Positions 1-13,700 of a DNA stretch of 64,000 nucleotides are shown here, piece by piece. Within the stretch, counting starts at the first letter, position 1; each line of letters begins with the position of its first letter. The notes beneath the pieces are model-generated. The model had not been told where the DNA came from. It ran no database searches and saw nothing but the letters and a program-made list of their open reading frames with translations. This stretch comes from Styela clava (Eukaryota): assembly GCF_964204865.1 (NCBI RefSeq), contig NC_135263.1, positions 8,556,001 to 8,620,000 of the forward strand. Reading direction: 5' to 3'. The position numbers were made by a program, and so were the translations under genes.

Positions 1-1734
1 CTTTGTTTTCTTGAAGAAATTAACAGAATTTAAATATTGTACCAATCCTTGACATTACCTTTTTTATACACATGTATGCCATAATGCATTTCCCCCAATA
101 TGAGAGAGCCATAGAAAAATGAACCTAACATTCTGGACCATATAAAGACGTTGCTTTTAGTCTACAATTGAACACTCACCTTTTTTGTCGGACTAGACAA
201 TGTAGAGGAAGGTTCGGCCTTCGTTTTAACTTTTTTCTAAAATAGAAAATTCATTATGACATAACATTTATTTTAAAATATATCAATAATCAATATCAAA
301 TCAATACTAAACCAAATACTTCTCATCAATTCTTCCAACGTTGTACAATGTTACAATACTGAAGGAGCCGGGCAATAAAATAAACTGAGATTTCGGTAAT
401 GTTAAGCGTAAAACAGACTAAGGCTATATCGAATGACCATTTCCTGACTTACAATATTTGGCTTCACATCATTTTCTTCAGCTTTTCGTTTCTTGGCATG
501 TTTTTCCTTTTTCAACTTCTTCTTCATTCTATAATTGTTGACATGAAAATTATATTTGATGTATCTGGACATATATCATTCTGGTTAATGAATTTTCAAC
601 ACATACCTCCTGATTTCTTCATTATCTCCATGATTAGTAACCCCTGAATTCTGATGAGGCTAAAAATGAATTCCAAAGTTGTTACGGTATGATATAAATA
701 AATTGCAATTTAATACAAAAATTGGAAAAATAAAATGCCAAATACAATTTAGTGTTTTCCAAATAAAATTTTGGTTGCCCGCCCCTATTACTAACCTCTC
801 CAGAATCCATTCTTTCTGTTTTAACTTGCATAACACCTTGACTGAAAAGAAAACAAAATCTGAGTTAAATAATTGCAAGTCAAGATATGATTGAGGGCAG
901 GGTAGGAAAGTGCCAACCCCTTTATTGGCAAATATCAAAACCAAATTCAACTCTATGAAAAAAGAAAAGTATAAACAGGGAAGAAAACACTAAAAATTTA
1001 TATGACGATCATGGACCAAGATAAGATTACTTTCACGAGATAGAATTGATTGCAGATAATTCAACTAATAATGCAATGAGTGATATAATTTACTGGATTC
1101 AATTAATACAAAGCATCAGCAAGAAACTCAATTTAAAAGATCTTACTCTCCAGCATGATTGGCAGTATGGTGTTCTGGTCGGTGCTCCCTTTTAATTCTT
1201 ATTCTTTTCCCATCAGGACCAATTTTTGGTTTTCCATTTGAATCAAGTACATATTTGTGCTTACGATCTTTATCCTGAACAAAATAAATGACTATTATTA
1301 ATAAGGTGCATGGACAACTTGTCTAGATTATTTCTTAATACAATTATCTAATAAGGCATGCAGTGATATATCACAGCCATAAAATATTCCAATTGATTTG
1401 GATTTCATTTGATTTCGCTGCATATTTTATTTATTTTGGGTTTACTCATTTTATAGAATATTGAAGTAGGTATTCATGAATTGAAAGATATCATTAAATC
1501 TGAGCTTGTCACTTCAAATCAATTTCATATATTTCAAAACTCTTCTATTACATACCCTACCTTAAATATCTTCCAGTCCCATTAAAGAATTATATTAATT
1601 ATTAAAAACAAACAAAATTTAGAGAACAATATATCAAAAATAAATTCAACCTTGTGATGCTTATGCTTGTGAGGCGAATGTAATTTCTGTGGTGATGAAC
1701 CATTCAGTGTTGTTGAGGAGTGTGCGAGTTCCAT
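1..1734 (-). CDS. 5' part of a multi-exon gene encoding a Lys/His-rich N-terminus, probably DNA topoisomerase I; continues off the left edge
   Basis: Phase-consistent GT-AG exons 1651-1734, 1147-1274, 796-841, 607-659, 453-528, 180-236 and 1-9 give MELAHSSTTLNGSSPQKLHSPHKHKHHKDKDRKHKYV...RMKKKLKKEKHAKKRKAEENDVKPNIKKVKTKAEPSSTLSSPTKKKTK. This resembles the HKHKDKHKD...KKRK..EE N-terminus of TOP1. The catalytic core is not in the window, so identity is tentative. A donor near 1917 suggests a non-coding first exon. Confidence 0.5.
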
Positions 1735-2187
1735 GGAAAGCAAACTAAAAAGGATTTTAAATTTTATAATTGAAAGATCATTCAGTCATTGCTAATGCAG
1801 TCATAAACCCATTAAAAAGTAACAAAACATTTAAAAATATAGAAATAACATATGCTATTTCACAGCCTTGCTAATAAAGTACGGGTACTGACAGTAGGGC
1901 TATTTTCGAATAACTTACCTAATATTAACAGTGAATAGTAGACGATCAGCGTCTGTCTTGTCTGTAGAATCAATAGAAAATGACTTCGCAAAGTTTTTTT
2001 CTTGGTCGTTGCCCTTGATTCAAAAACTGAATGACGACTCCAATGAGTAATGAAACCAAATTCGTAGTTATACACTTCAAGGCAGTGGAGTCGTAACCAA
2101 CAAAGCAGACAAACGAAGAACCACACAAGGCAAACCAGAAGACAGTAATGGCGTTCAAAAAAAAGAACAAGTCCGACAATTTCCGTC

Positions 2188-2257
2188 TGCGCATGCGCAC
2201 AGACTTAGCTTCTTTACCTTTTTCTTTGCCTGTGTTACGCAAACGGGTGTCGCGAGA
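2188..2257. promoter_or_regulatory. Bidirectional promoter core between the TOP1-like gene and METTL3 (NRF1-type site plus CGCG motif)
   Basis: Perfect palindrome TGCGCATGCGCA at 2188-2199 and TGTCGCGAGA at 2248-2257 (one mismatch from TCTCGCGAGA), in a CpG-rich patch between two divergent genes. Confidence 0.5.
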
Positions 2258-2889
2258 AAAAAGTTAGAGTCTTTTGTCTGAGTTTAAACCTATGTTTTCG
2301 TTCAGATGTGCGCTGAGTTGGCGTGAGTGCGCTTGTAGTTTTATGAACGCGATTTGTCGATTCACGCAGTGAACACGAATCACCGTACTAACATTCTGAG
2401 ATAAATTTCAATGTTGCTGCGTGTGGTCATATGTACATGCAGGGAAATCAAAGTCATTTCACGTTGCAACCAAACCGCATTGTTTCATCGCCAATTTACA
2501 TATGCAATAAACCCAAACACATTCGATTTTTTCTGTTACGAACCTTCCTTTTTACGCATTGACGACATTTAACCACTTATGCATTTCACAGTTAGTTAGA
2601 ATTATTAAAATCCCATAGATTTTCCCCACTTATACCATGGAATATCAGACCTCAAGTACAGAGTGCTGTCACCACAATTCCCAGTAATATTATGAAGAAT
2701 ATAAAGCATATATTCAAAGATGTCCATACACAATAATTTCATATGTTTTGAACTTGCTTGCTAGTGGTGCAATTGTCCTATACACTGCCTCAAACTATAT
2801 CTTTTGAATTATTTAGTTGTTCTTATCCACTAGCATAAACCTTCTGGCTATTTTAATAACATTGTGGATCTTCTCTCTCATCAAGAACA

Positions 2890-5800
2890 ATGTCTTCTGA
2901 TACTTGGACAAATTTACAAAAGCTGAAAATGAAACAGGAAAGTTTAAGGGAAAGAATACAAAGAAGAAGACAGGGCCATAAAGGTGTGTTTTCCTTCCAA
3001 GACTTGATGGATATTTTTGAGTGATTACTATTTTCATGAATTTTACACATTTTGTTTGTCTGTTTTTATAGAAATTTTGGCACAGACTGCAGATTCTACT
3101 GCAGCATCGACAGTAAGCAATTCATCAGATGTGGCAGATACAGAGGAAAATGTTGACGTTATTGACCCAGGAATTGAGAAAAAATTTCAGCAATATCTAT
3201 GTCACCATTCACTCACTTTCCCAATGCATTCTCTCAATATAATGTCTGGATTCAATAAGGTGTGAACATGATACTTTATTTGCCTCTATATATTTCTAAA
3301 AGTCTCAGTATTTGAAGCGCTAGAGAATGCCATAAGTTTTTAAACTTTTATACATACAAAGGTACAGAGGTATGGTATTTTAGAGAAACGTGCAGCAAAG
3401 GTGAAAATTCGAAAAAGTTGTGTATTTGAATACTATATAATGTTAATATTAAATCCATATTCCCATGACTTTCTTCTAGCAAGGTTGTTTCACTTTCGAT
3501 TTATTTATGTATATCGATACAATTTATTTTTATTTTCAGATTCTCCAAAGCGTCCCAAAGACCACATCCTTAACTTTGCCTCAAGTTGAACTTCTCTTGA
3601 ACAAGCAAGAAGCGCAGCGATTTATTGAAATTGAATACTCTCAATCAAGTGTAGATAAGTCAAACGAAACTGATTCAAAAATAACCGTTTTGTCTGTGAG
3701 CCATGCCAAACTTGCTGCAGTAGCTGGAGAAATGAAAGAACCAATTTATACAGAAGAAGATATTCGATCAAACATGTCTGCCTCTGAGAAACAAACTAGT
3801 GAACGAGAAAAAAATCAAGACAGTTCCCTGGTAAAGCAAAAACAGGCTGTGAAGCGCCACTCGTCTGATTCAAATCACAACCGAAAGCACAGAAGTGATA
3901 CGAGACGGCCAGAAAAATCCTCAAAAACAAATGAGTCTGGAAAAAATAATGAACAGAAAGACTTGGATGATATAGAAGAATTGCTGTCAACTAAATCAGC
4001 GAAAGAACAGGACACAAAACGAATCGCAGAGGAAATTCAAGAACTACTTGGCACTGCCTCCACTAAGGAATTATCGTTAGCGGAAAAATTCCGAACTCTT
4101 GGTGGTTCACAGGTGCATATCGAGTTATTGAACTGTTATTATTTTGATTGGTTTGGCTTTTGACTCCTAAAACGTAGGTGGGAGGGTTAATCCAATGGCT
4201 CTAGTGAAATCTTATATTTCAATACTATACTGATTTATAATTGTTTTAATCCTGCAAATGCTTAGTCAGCCAATGGGGCGAAATCTAATATACCGCATTG
4301 CTAAACAAAGTCACATTTTCAAATACTGTTTCACCCGTAGAATCAAGCTGGAATTCTTTGTGGCAGGTTTCTAGTAAAAACTAGCAGTTTGCTGTGATAT
4401 GTACTGAATTTTTACATACATATACCAAAGTCTTCCGTAAATTTCAAATTCTATACTCTTTTTACTACTGAGGCACATGTGATTAGATTAAAAAAAAATT
4501 CTGCATACAGGTTAAAGAATTCTGTCCTCATGGTACACGGTTTGAATGTATGCGGCAACGGAAATCCAATTATTCATGCAGTAAATTGCACTTCAAGAAG
4601 TTGATAAAGCCTCACACAGGTGCTTACAGTAATTATATAATGACAGAGATAATTTTGCGTGATAGTGGTTATAACAAAAATGATGGCGATTGAGAAATCT
4701 ATTTCCCATACAAATTTTAAGATTATTTTTCCATTCAGATGAATCACTGGGAGACTGCTCTTTCCTCAACACTTGTTTTCATATGGATACATGCAAATAT
4801 GTTCATTATACTATTGATTACAAGGGGACAGAACTTGACCCAAGGTATCAAAAAAGAGGAAAGAAAAGAACCGAGTCAAATGAAGATAATAAACTATTGC
4901 CAAAACTTGCATCCGATGAAGATTATTTGCAAAGGAAAATGCTTCCTCCACAGGTTGGTTTCGTCTCGAGCAAACTTAATCGTACATGACAGTTATATTA
5001 ATCCTGTTTGTGATCAAAATTTATTTTATGAAGTTTACATAGACAATATAACAGAAAGTGGCATTTGTCCTCCCAAGTCTTTTTTGTTCATTTTAGTGGG
5101 TAACATGTGACATCAGATATCTTGATATGTCAGTGCTTGGAAAATTTTCTGTAATAATGGCTGATCCGCCATGGGATATTCACATGGAGTTACCATATGG
5201 TACAATGCAAGATGATGAAATGAGAGCATTAAGAATACAAGATCTATCTGATGATGGCCTATTCTTTTTATGGGTAACAGGAAGGTGAGTGTATCTATGA
5301 ATAATTGTAAATTTAAAGCCCTTGTCTTTAATCATGTTACAAAAAATGCCAAGAATATTCATTTTATTGCATTTCATAAGGCAATCAGCTCTTTAAAGTG
5401 TTTCGTTGTTTGCTCATAGAGGTAAGGGTGCAACCATGCTATTACTCTAAGTCCTGACCAAATGATTCAATATACCTTCATATTTATGCTACAGGGCTAT
5501 GGAGCTGGGAAGAGAACTCTTTGAATGCTGGGGGTAAGTTGAAAAGATTTGTTGCTTTTAAAAATGGTGATCCAAATAAAATTAGATTCATAATTGTACA
5601 GATACCAGAGATGTGATGAACTCATTTGGGTAAAAACCAATCAACTTCAAAGATTAATACGAACTGGAAGAACAGGTCATTGGATAAATCACGGAAAAGA
5701 GCATTGTCTGGTATGTCTTCAGCGCAGAGCGTAAAAGTCCAAGCAACTTCTGCTTGTGTAAAACTCGGTGTTGGAATATCTGCCTGTGATTTCATATAAA

Positions 5801-6354
5801 ACCCGTTATCAAATATGACTGCTGAATTTTTTTCTGATTTGAGTCTATTAAACGTTTTTTCTTCAAGGTATTTTATTTTTAAAATTTTTCTTCCTGCAGG
5901 TCGGCATAAAAGGAAACCCTAAAGGCATCAATACAGGGTTGGACTGTGATGTACTTGTGGCAGAGGTAAATTTGCAATTCTTTAAAACAGAACTCGGCAA
6001 TATGTTTGAAGGTTACAATTATATCTTTATATTCGTTGTAGGTAAGAGACACCAGTCACAAACCAGATGAAATCTATGGTATTATAGAAAGGCTTTCTCC
6101 TGGCACAAGAAAATTGGAATTATTCGGCAGGATGCACAATGTACAGCCAAACTGGTAATTATCCTCGATGCATGCACCTTTCTTTATAAGCATTTCTAAA
6201 CTGTATGATCTTTATTATCTGTTCTTGCTACAGGGTAACACTGGGAAACCAACTCGATGGAGTGCACTTGGTCGAACCAGACGTTGTTGGAAAATTTAAG
6301 CAGAAGTATCCAGATGGGAAAGTCACAAAGCCTGCAACCAAATCTTCTAATTGA
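2890..6354 (+). CDS. METTL3: N6-adenosine methyltransferase catalytic subunit (MT-A70 family), 11 coding exons
   Basis: Exons 2890-2983, 3072-3259, 3540-4112, 4511-4619, 4739-4953, 5097-5284, 5495-5533, 5602-5710, 5900-5965, 6042-6154, 6234-6354. N-terminus [10 protein letters not shown]...[10 protein letters not shown], two CCCH fingers (including [24 protein letters not shown]), catalytic DPPW ([17 protein letters not shown]), and [34 protein letters not shown]. Confidence 0.97.
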
Positions 6355-6530
6355 CACTTTATTTAAAAATAATAAAAAATAAACGCACTGCCTATAGATT
6401 TCAGTTCATTAGAATTTCCGCAATCACAGATGTTCTTTATGATCAAGATCAGAATTATGCGGAGGTGGAGGAAAGAATTTATCTAATACAGCAGCAATCC
6501 ATCTATGGTCTGGATCCCTTTTAGGTTTTG

Positions 6531-7521
6531 TCAATGAACAACAGCATTCAAAGGTGCAGCTTTTATGTTTGCCAGGTCCAGTGAGGAGTCTGTAGCATCG
6601 TCTATTTCTCCGACGAGAGCACTGCAAAAAGTGAGCTTGGTTTTAATACATGTATAGTGGAAGGATATTAGAAGAAACTGCCCATAAATATCCAACTGAA
6701 CTGAAATTGATGCAATGGCTGCTAAAATTAGTTTTTAAGTAGCAGTAATATTTGCATGAAAATCACAATACTTTTCTAGTCATGATTTTGCTCTGAAGAC
6801 GACTTGGCAGCAAATAAGTTCATACAACCAATAATTCCTCTACCTATATATGAAAATTGTAAATACCAAATGATCTCTCGTTCTAAAATATTATTTAGAT
6901 TCCTGTTCAAACTTGGATAAAAAAAGGGCTTGAAACGCTTGCAAATATTAAATAATATTGGCTTCGCTTTTCAATGCAGATCTGAATAGGACCTTCCCAA
7001 TGAATAAAAGGCTAGTTGTACTCGAAAGGGCACGTTGGTAAAAATAATTTAGATTTATATATTTCTTATACAAGTATTTGCAGATTACATAGTAAAGCAA
7101 CTCACACATTGTCTCCTCGAATAATGTATAGTCCAAGCATGACTTGTTCGACACCTTGTGATGATGAAAACACTCTTTCATGACTCTCATCAAGAATAAT
7201 GTTGACAGTCTGATCAAATCCCTTCAAAGTTCCAACTATCATTCTTCCATCGCCAGTGATCACAGACACAACATCTAATAAGTTTGTATTAAGGAAAATT
7301 TTTACAGAATTACCTTGAACTATATATTCCTGGCACTTATACATACCGTACTAATTAAAACTGAAGATCTAAACAAAACGAACTGTCTATCGAAATACAT
7401 ATAAAGTTAAGTGACTTTTGTCACTGTAAAGCTATCTTGACGATTGAAATGTTTTATGATCTTCTATTCAATTGCATTTTCAAAGGATACGATTCACAAG
7501 AGGCTCAAGCGCCATCGCCAT
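6531..7521 (-). CDS. LSM8: U6 snRNA-associated Sm-like protein LSm8, 3 exons
   Basis: Exons 7491-7521, 7106-7274 and 6531-6621 give MAMALEPLVNHVVSVITGDGRMIVGTLKGFDQTVNIILDESHERVFSSSQGVEQVMLGLYIIRGDNVALVGEIDDATDSSLDLANIKAAPLNAVVH*. Confidence 0.96.
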
Positions 7522-7704
7522 GACGCCGCTGTCCAATGTGCTCAGATCAGTCGAAATAGGATTGCTCGGCTAGAAGATTCACACAACGCGCCACACTGTC
7601 TGACTGTAGCACCGAAACGCACGATTTCGATATACTGTAGTGGCCTGTGAGAGGGAGAGAGATTTATTTTACACGAAACGAAATTTGATGCCCACCTGAG
7701 GAAT

Positions 7705-8202
7705 GGACCTTTCCCCGAGCATCGACTTCCTTGTTTACTTTGTGACATTGGCCAATCAGCAAGATGCAAAAAGTGACGTAACAATGCCCCCTTTTCGCAT
7801 TCGCTCAGACACTTTTCTCACTCAGACAGATTTTCAAGCGCGGTTGTAAACATTACCTCGTTTTCGCGTTTTTGAACTCTATTCGTTAGTTTTCAGTTGT
7901 GTTTCGGAAACTTAAATATAAATCAGATAATTCAATGATCACTCTGTCTTCCTAGGAGTTTTAATTAAATTGCAGTAATAAAAATTAGTTTAGAAATAGC
8001 TGTGATAGACTAGCCTGAAATTCTTTACCGGTACTTTAAAAAAACAAATCGTTGTATGCGATGAATCATAATGATGGTTTAAAACACCTACTCCATTTTA
8101 CAAGCGCCAACTCGCAAAAGCACTCCTAAAATAGCCTCGGAAATTTTGCAATGGTAAAGTATAGGAAGAATTTTCCAGGGGTTAAAAGTCGGGGAAAGGT
8201 CC
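7705..8202. mobile_element. MITE family A, copy 1 (~500 bp, TIR GGACCTTTCCCCGA)
   Basis: Terminal inverted repeats GGACCTTTCCCCGA ... TCGGGGAAAGGTCC. Colinear with 52868-53366 along its whole length and with a diverged fragment at ~24080-24340. Confidence 0.85.
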
Positions 8203-8584
8203 ATACTTTGGCAATGTTGCTGGAGGTGAACAATATGCCTAGATATATATAGTATTCATTATAAATAATATTGTGCAAATTCAGATATATCTATGTGAAA
8301 TAACATATTTTGATATTACGGAAAGCGTCTATCGTGCGTGGTGACCCGTGTTTAAAAGGTCAAATTACATACCGAAAATAAACATAAAATCATTTTGCAG
8401 ATGTTGGTCTGTTGTTAGCTCGCCTTGTTTTGTTGGGTTGGTATTTTCAGCGTTCTGTAATCAGTGAAAGTCCGAATGCATTGCAACATTGTGTGGATGT
8501 GAATTAAAAAGTGGTGCAGATTTCTATGGATGGAATGCAGTCTTAATATAGAATCTTCGGCACTAGTTCATTAAACGCCGTCAA

Positions 8585-8919
8585 GTGCTTCTAGTTGGCG
8601 TGGCATACGGTACCGGTAGTCATTTTTGAACCACACCTGACTATGTCATCTGAAAATTATGACACACAAACGATCACCCGAAATCGAGCAAGCCATTTAT
8701 CTCGTCGCATCGATCCCGATATAACTATATGAGAGCGATCGCTGATTTCTTTATCGTTGGCGCAGATACCATTTTGGGCGATCGTAGGTATACTTTGGCA
8801 AGCTCTATGACATGATTGTGACATAATTTTTGGATGGCTGAGTTTGGTGGGGGTTAAGATTGACATGTGCATAAATCGTTATGCTATGCCCACTAGAAGT
8901 ACGAAACTACACGAGACCC
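8585..8919. mobile_element. MITE family B, degenerate copy ending ~65 bp upstream of the TBRG1 ATG
   Basis: Right end CACTAGAAGTACGAAACTACACGAGACCC and internal sequence match 22913-23740 and 44563-45014. The left arm is eroded. Confidence 0.75.
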
Positions 8920-8984
8920 TGAAAATCATACCTTTTTCTGAATTTAGTAATTAATAACATATTTTCTATTTTATTCATCAAGAC

Positions 8985-9929
8985 ATGGATAAAATTATGA
9001 GTGAAAATGTGGGTGATTCTACTAAAAAAAATGATGAGTATTACCGAAAAAAGTACAAACGATTGAGAAAAACAGTGATAGAAATTGTGCACCAGAATGG
9101 TGCTTTGTGTGAAGAAATTGCAAGAACTGAAGACAAGATTTCCACTGTGAAAGCCGAAAGGAAATATCTTTTAAAAAAGCTTATGCAATATGAAAAACCA
9201 AATCTTAATTCTTTGAAATCATCCAAGGGAAATAAATCTCAGAAAACAGCAAACACAAAAGTAAAAAAATCTTCAAAAACATTTGGTGAAGGTACAACGA
9301 AAACAGGTCAACAAAAAGCAAAATGTACAATGGTGAACCCTATTCAAGTGGATAATAATGGCCGGCCAATTTTTCCCATTGAGATTGGGGATTTATCTGT
9401 GTACAGTATAGGTGAAATCGTTCATGATCGACCCAATTATCATAACAGAAAATTCATCTTCCCTGTTGGTTATTGTTCAACGAGATCTTTTAACAGCATT
9501 TCTTCTCCAGAAAGCGAGTGTCTGTACACATGTAAAATATTTGATGACAGCATAAGTCCAAGATTTGAGATATCTCCGGAAGATGCACCAGAAATAACAT
9601 TCTTAAGCCAATCAATATCAGAAGTTTACGCTTCTTTTTTGTTAGCTGCTGCTCCTCAAAATCCTGACAATCTCACTTTGAGTGAGTATGATTTCTTCGG
9701 ACTTTCTCATCCCATTATACAAAACCTTATTCAAAGTTTGCCTGGTGCAAGTGAATGCTCGGGGTATGAATGGAAAAAATTTGAAGTAGTGCGACCTGCC
9801 AAATCATCTCAGGCTGTCGCTGGTCATCAAAACCTTAACGCTGATTTGGTGAAAACTGGGAAAAGCAGATCAAGACAATCTGATATTAATATAGAGGCTT
9901 TGGAGAAATGGGCAAGGGATTTGTCATAG
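8985..9929 (+). CDS. TBRG1: Transforming growth factor beta regulator 1 (NIAM), FYRN/FYRC domain protein, single coding exon
   Basis: 314-aa ORF. N-terminal coiled coil YRKKYKRLRK...ALCEEIAR...ERKYLLKKL, FYRN GRPIFPIEIGDLSVYSIGEIVHDRPNYH...IFPVGYCSTR...CLYTCKI, FYRC DFFGLSHPIIQNLIQSLPGA. Confidence 0.92.
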   Translation: MDKIMSENVGDSTKKNDEYYRKKYKRLRKTVIEIVHQNGALCEEIARTEDKISTVKAERKYLLKKLMQYEKPNLNSLKSSKGNKSQKTANTKVKKSSKTFGEGTTKTGQQKAKCTMVNPIQVDNNGRPIFPIEIGDLSVYSIGEIVHDRPNYHNRKFIFPVGYCSTRSFNSISSPESECLYTCKIFDDSISPRFEISPEDAPEITFLSQSISEVYASFLLAAAPQNPDNLTLSEYDFFGLSHPIIQNLIQSLPGASECSGYEWKKFEVVRPAKSSQAVAGHQNLNADLVKTGKSRSRQSDINIEALEKWARDLS

Positions 9930-10757
9930 CATAAAATAGTTTTTTAATCTTTATTGGTTTCCGTTTTGTCGAAAACATTTGTGAAAATATTTGACAAATG
10001 AGGAAGAATAGCATACATTCTTTATGTCGCTATAAAATATTGCAGGCAGTTTCAAATTTTGCTCTTAATAGCAGTCCTCTGTGTTGTGGGGTGACAGCTA
10101 ATAATTTTACAAGGCTGTACAAATTACTGTTGACTACAACTCTCTGCTCAAACTTTCACCACACCACTTTTTTTTACTTTTTTGCACAATTCTAAAATAA
10201 AATTGACCTGAACATTTTGTACTTTCATATAGTCGTGGGACTGTAGACTAAAAAATGCGCCTATTGTGTTGGAAGTCAATAATGAATGATTCAATATACA
10301 GATAATAAAAGCATGTTTTCTAGAAAACAAATTAGAGCAATATTTAATATAAACGAAAGTGTCAGTGCAAATACAAATATTTAAACTATTCACAGTATTA
10401 AAATATAAAATCTCATACTGCAGCAAGAAGTTTGAAAATTTAAAAAACCAAATAAGCATCATCTATCACTATATTGGTTGGATATTCGCTATGTGGGAAA
10501 TATTTCGACACAACATTGAGGATTTATGAATTTAATTACAAGCCATTTTATTTATTTCACGATTCCAGGCAAGGAGTAAGTGCATGACTACAGCATGTGC
10601 AACTTTGGGAATATGAAAAAGTATTTGAATGAATATAGATTTTGCGAATACGCCAAATAGATTTTGCTACTTTAAAAATGGTAAGAAAACCCCAGTGATG
10701 TGTAATGTTAAAAAAAAGTACTGCATGAAAAGTAAAAAAATATATATGATGAAGATT

Positions 10758-13700
10758 TCAGTCCAGAACTTTACTTTTGTAAAATGAATCCATAATTCTA
10801 CGATTCTCAGATGTTGCTGCTTGCCATACATTTTCCAATTCATTTTCCATCAATCTGTAAGTTCAAATAAAGGTTCAACTACAAGAATGAACCACATTTA
10901 GGTTAAGAAGCAAAGTACAATCAGGCTGAATTAGCATCAAGAAGAGAAAACATTCAAATTATATATTCTACATTTGTATTTCCACATTATTCAGTATTTG
11001 GCTCCGCGGTTGGCATTGTACTATGTGTTAGAAATACACTTGAATAGCACCTCTAATTACCCAGCGTGGACCCGTCCACCATCAAGTCCGTAATCTGAAA
11101 CAAATTACTGGTCGACTACTACCATACTCGACATGGACTGGTAACCAGATGAGAGGCTGTGTTTTGTCATATGATTATTTAATTACCTTACCAGCTTTTC
11201 CTCAGTGCCAGGATAAATAGGAGAAACTATACCAGGATGAGCATGGCCATAAAAGCGCACCCTGCCTCGTGTACCCCGTAATCTTAATTTGTACATTGGA
11301 AAAGAAAGTTTCTCAATGATCAACCAGAACGAGCTTTCAAATCACAATTCACCTCTTTTCATGGGTAACATCATCCAACATTGCTTGTTTTTGTTGTAAC
11401 AATCTTCTTAGATGTGACATTTCTCTGTGATATTCTTGCAATCTTCCTTGATGACTTTCTTCTAAACCTCTAATCTTGTCCGTAATATTGTTCATCTGAT
11501 TAGAAGCTTGCTTTTTGTATTGCTAATTGGTAAAAGATGAGTTATAAGGCTTAATCAATTATTGAATGGTTGGGCTTCGAATTTAAATGTTCTATACGAT
11601 TATCAAGTGGAAACTGACATACAATGTGCATTCATCAATGGAGTCATTACAGTAATATGGAAACTTTAAAAGACTTCCAATCTAATTTTTAAATCTTGTC
11701 TTTCTTCAACATTAAATATTATTCATAAAAGCTGGGTAAGACTGTTATACCTTTACAGTTTGTTCCATTTTCCCCATTTCCCATTTTCCATGCATTTGTG
11801 ATCTCAATGCTTGTTCAGTCATCCTTTGTTCTTTTTCAACAAGAGCTGCAAGTGCATCTCGCTCTGCTGAAGTTTTATCAACAAGTCTTAAAACTTCTGC
11901 TAAATGTGCTTCACATTCTGAATTTCTTTTGTCAGAGTCTTCTAGTTCAGATCCCATATCAGTGCATTTGTCTTGAAGTTTGCTACAAAAAATTTGAACA
12001 ATTAGTTACTCTTCAAACATCAAATTTAAGGTGCCAAACTACAAACCAAACAAAATTAATAAAACAATCTTGCCAAATATGAAAATTACTGTGCCAAGTC
12101 TTCAATTTGTTTTGTCTACAATAGTACTTGTCAACTTAATATTGAAGAATAAATTTTGGAATCAATCAATCCCACGTATCATACTAACTTAATTGTTAAC
12201 TTATAGAAATATATTATATATGATATATGTTTAAAATAAGAGTTTTACATAAATACAAAACCTCTAGAGTTAGTCTATGTTTTATATAACTTACTCATAA
12301 GCTTGAGTCAGTGCTTTGATTTGTCCTTCAAGTTGTTTATTCTTGATTTTTGAATCTGTTATATCTAAAGTTAATGCAGCTCGTTCTTCCTCGATGCCCT
12401 TAACAAATATAAAGTTTAAAAATTAAGACAAGGTTGCTGTCGCAAATTTTTTTTAAACATGAATCTTTAGATGTTGAAATTTTGTAATTTACCTTTATTT
12501 TTTTCATTGCATTAGACAACTCCTTTTGAGATGCCTCTTTAATTGATTCAATCTCCCTTTAAAGCATAATACAGAGTTTGAATGAAGATTGCAAGAGTTA
12601 AACTTCAAGGTAAAATATAACATTTAATTTAAAAACATTAACCAAAAAGTATAATGCAAGTAGAAACTTTAAATTTATTTCTGTTGTGGTTTAACTGACA
12701 ATTTTTATATGAAATTTGATGACAAGAATGGCACAATTATAATGCATTATGTGCTATATAGTATATGTTTGAAACAATAAAAACAAAAACTTACTCTTTT
12801 AATTCATTAACAGCAGTTACATGTTCTTTTGCAGGAATTTTCTCTGCACTTTCACTGACAATCTTTTCATGGTTTTTCTTGAGATCATTGAGTTCTTGCT
12901 GAAGTTTTGCAACCATTTCAGTTGAAACTTCAGCTTCTGCCTCTGCTACAGCGACTGCTTTAGAGAGTCTGGCAACTGTGAAAAAATGCATGAGCGATTT
13001 AACAATGGTAAAGAGATTTGTATTCACAATGGATACTGAGATTTTTATCATATGGATTGTTATCATTATAATTATTCACATTTACTGCCCATTAAGGAAT
13101 TTAGTCATTCTTAGGAAAGAATTTTTCTTTGTAACTAATGTATTATTGCTAAAATTCTCTAGTTGTTTTTTTTAAATTTTTTTTACTTATGCACATTTTA
13201 AAAACCACTCAAACTGTACAGAAGTGAAGTTGCGACTTCCGCATGACACTAGCTAGGTTTCCATTAAAGATTGAACATTGTTGAATTTAAAAAAGTTTGG
13301 AAGTACATGATGAATAAATAGATTAATACTCTAATCTTATCTCAGAGTTATATTATTCTGGCTTTATCTTCAAGAGATAAGAGTCATGTAATCTACATTT
13401 GTGCGAATGTCTTATCAAAAACAATAACCTGGAGGGAAGACCAAATGAACAGAGATCATTTTTAAACATTTTCGAAAATTTTGACATATTTCTAACTAAA
13501 TGGAACAATAATGGCCATCATTCCATGCTGATATGCAGTCATTTACCTTCTCGAGCATTGCTTTTATTGGCTTCAGATGATTTTTGTTTTGCCATTTCCA
13601 ACTGTTGCATTAATATTTGAATTTCTTCTGTCATTAAATTATTCTGTTCTGACAGATTATCCCTGGAAATAAATTGTGAGTTTTATTGACTTCAACAAAA

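Noticed and set aside
4113-5899. Intronic snoRNAs in METTL3 (also looked in DPM1 and ZC4H2 introns)
   Set aside because: No convincing C/D boxes with a terminal stem or H/ACA layout by eye. An Infernal/Rfam scan would be needed.
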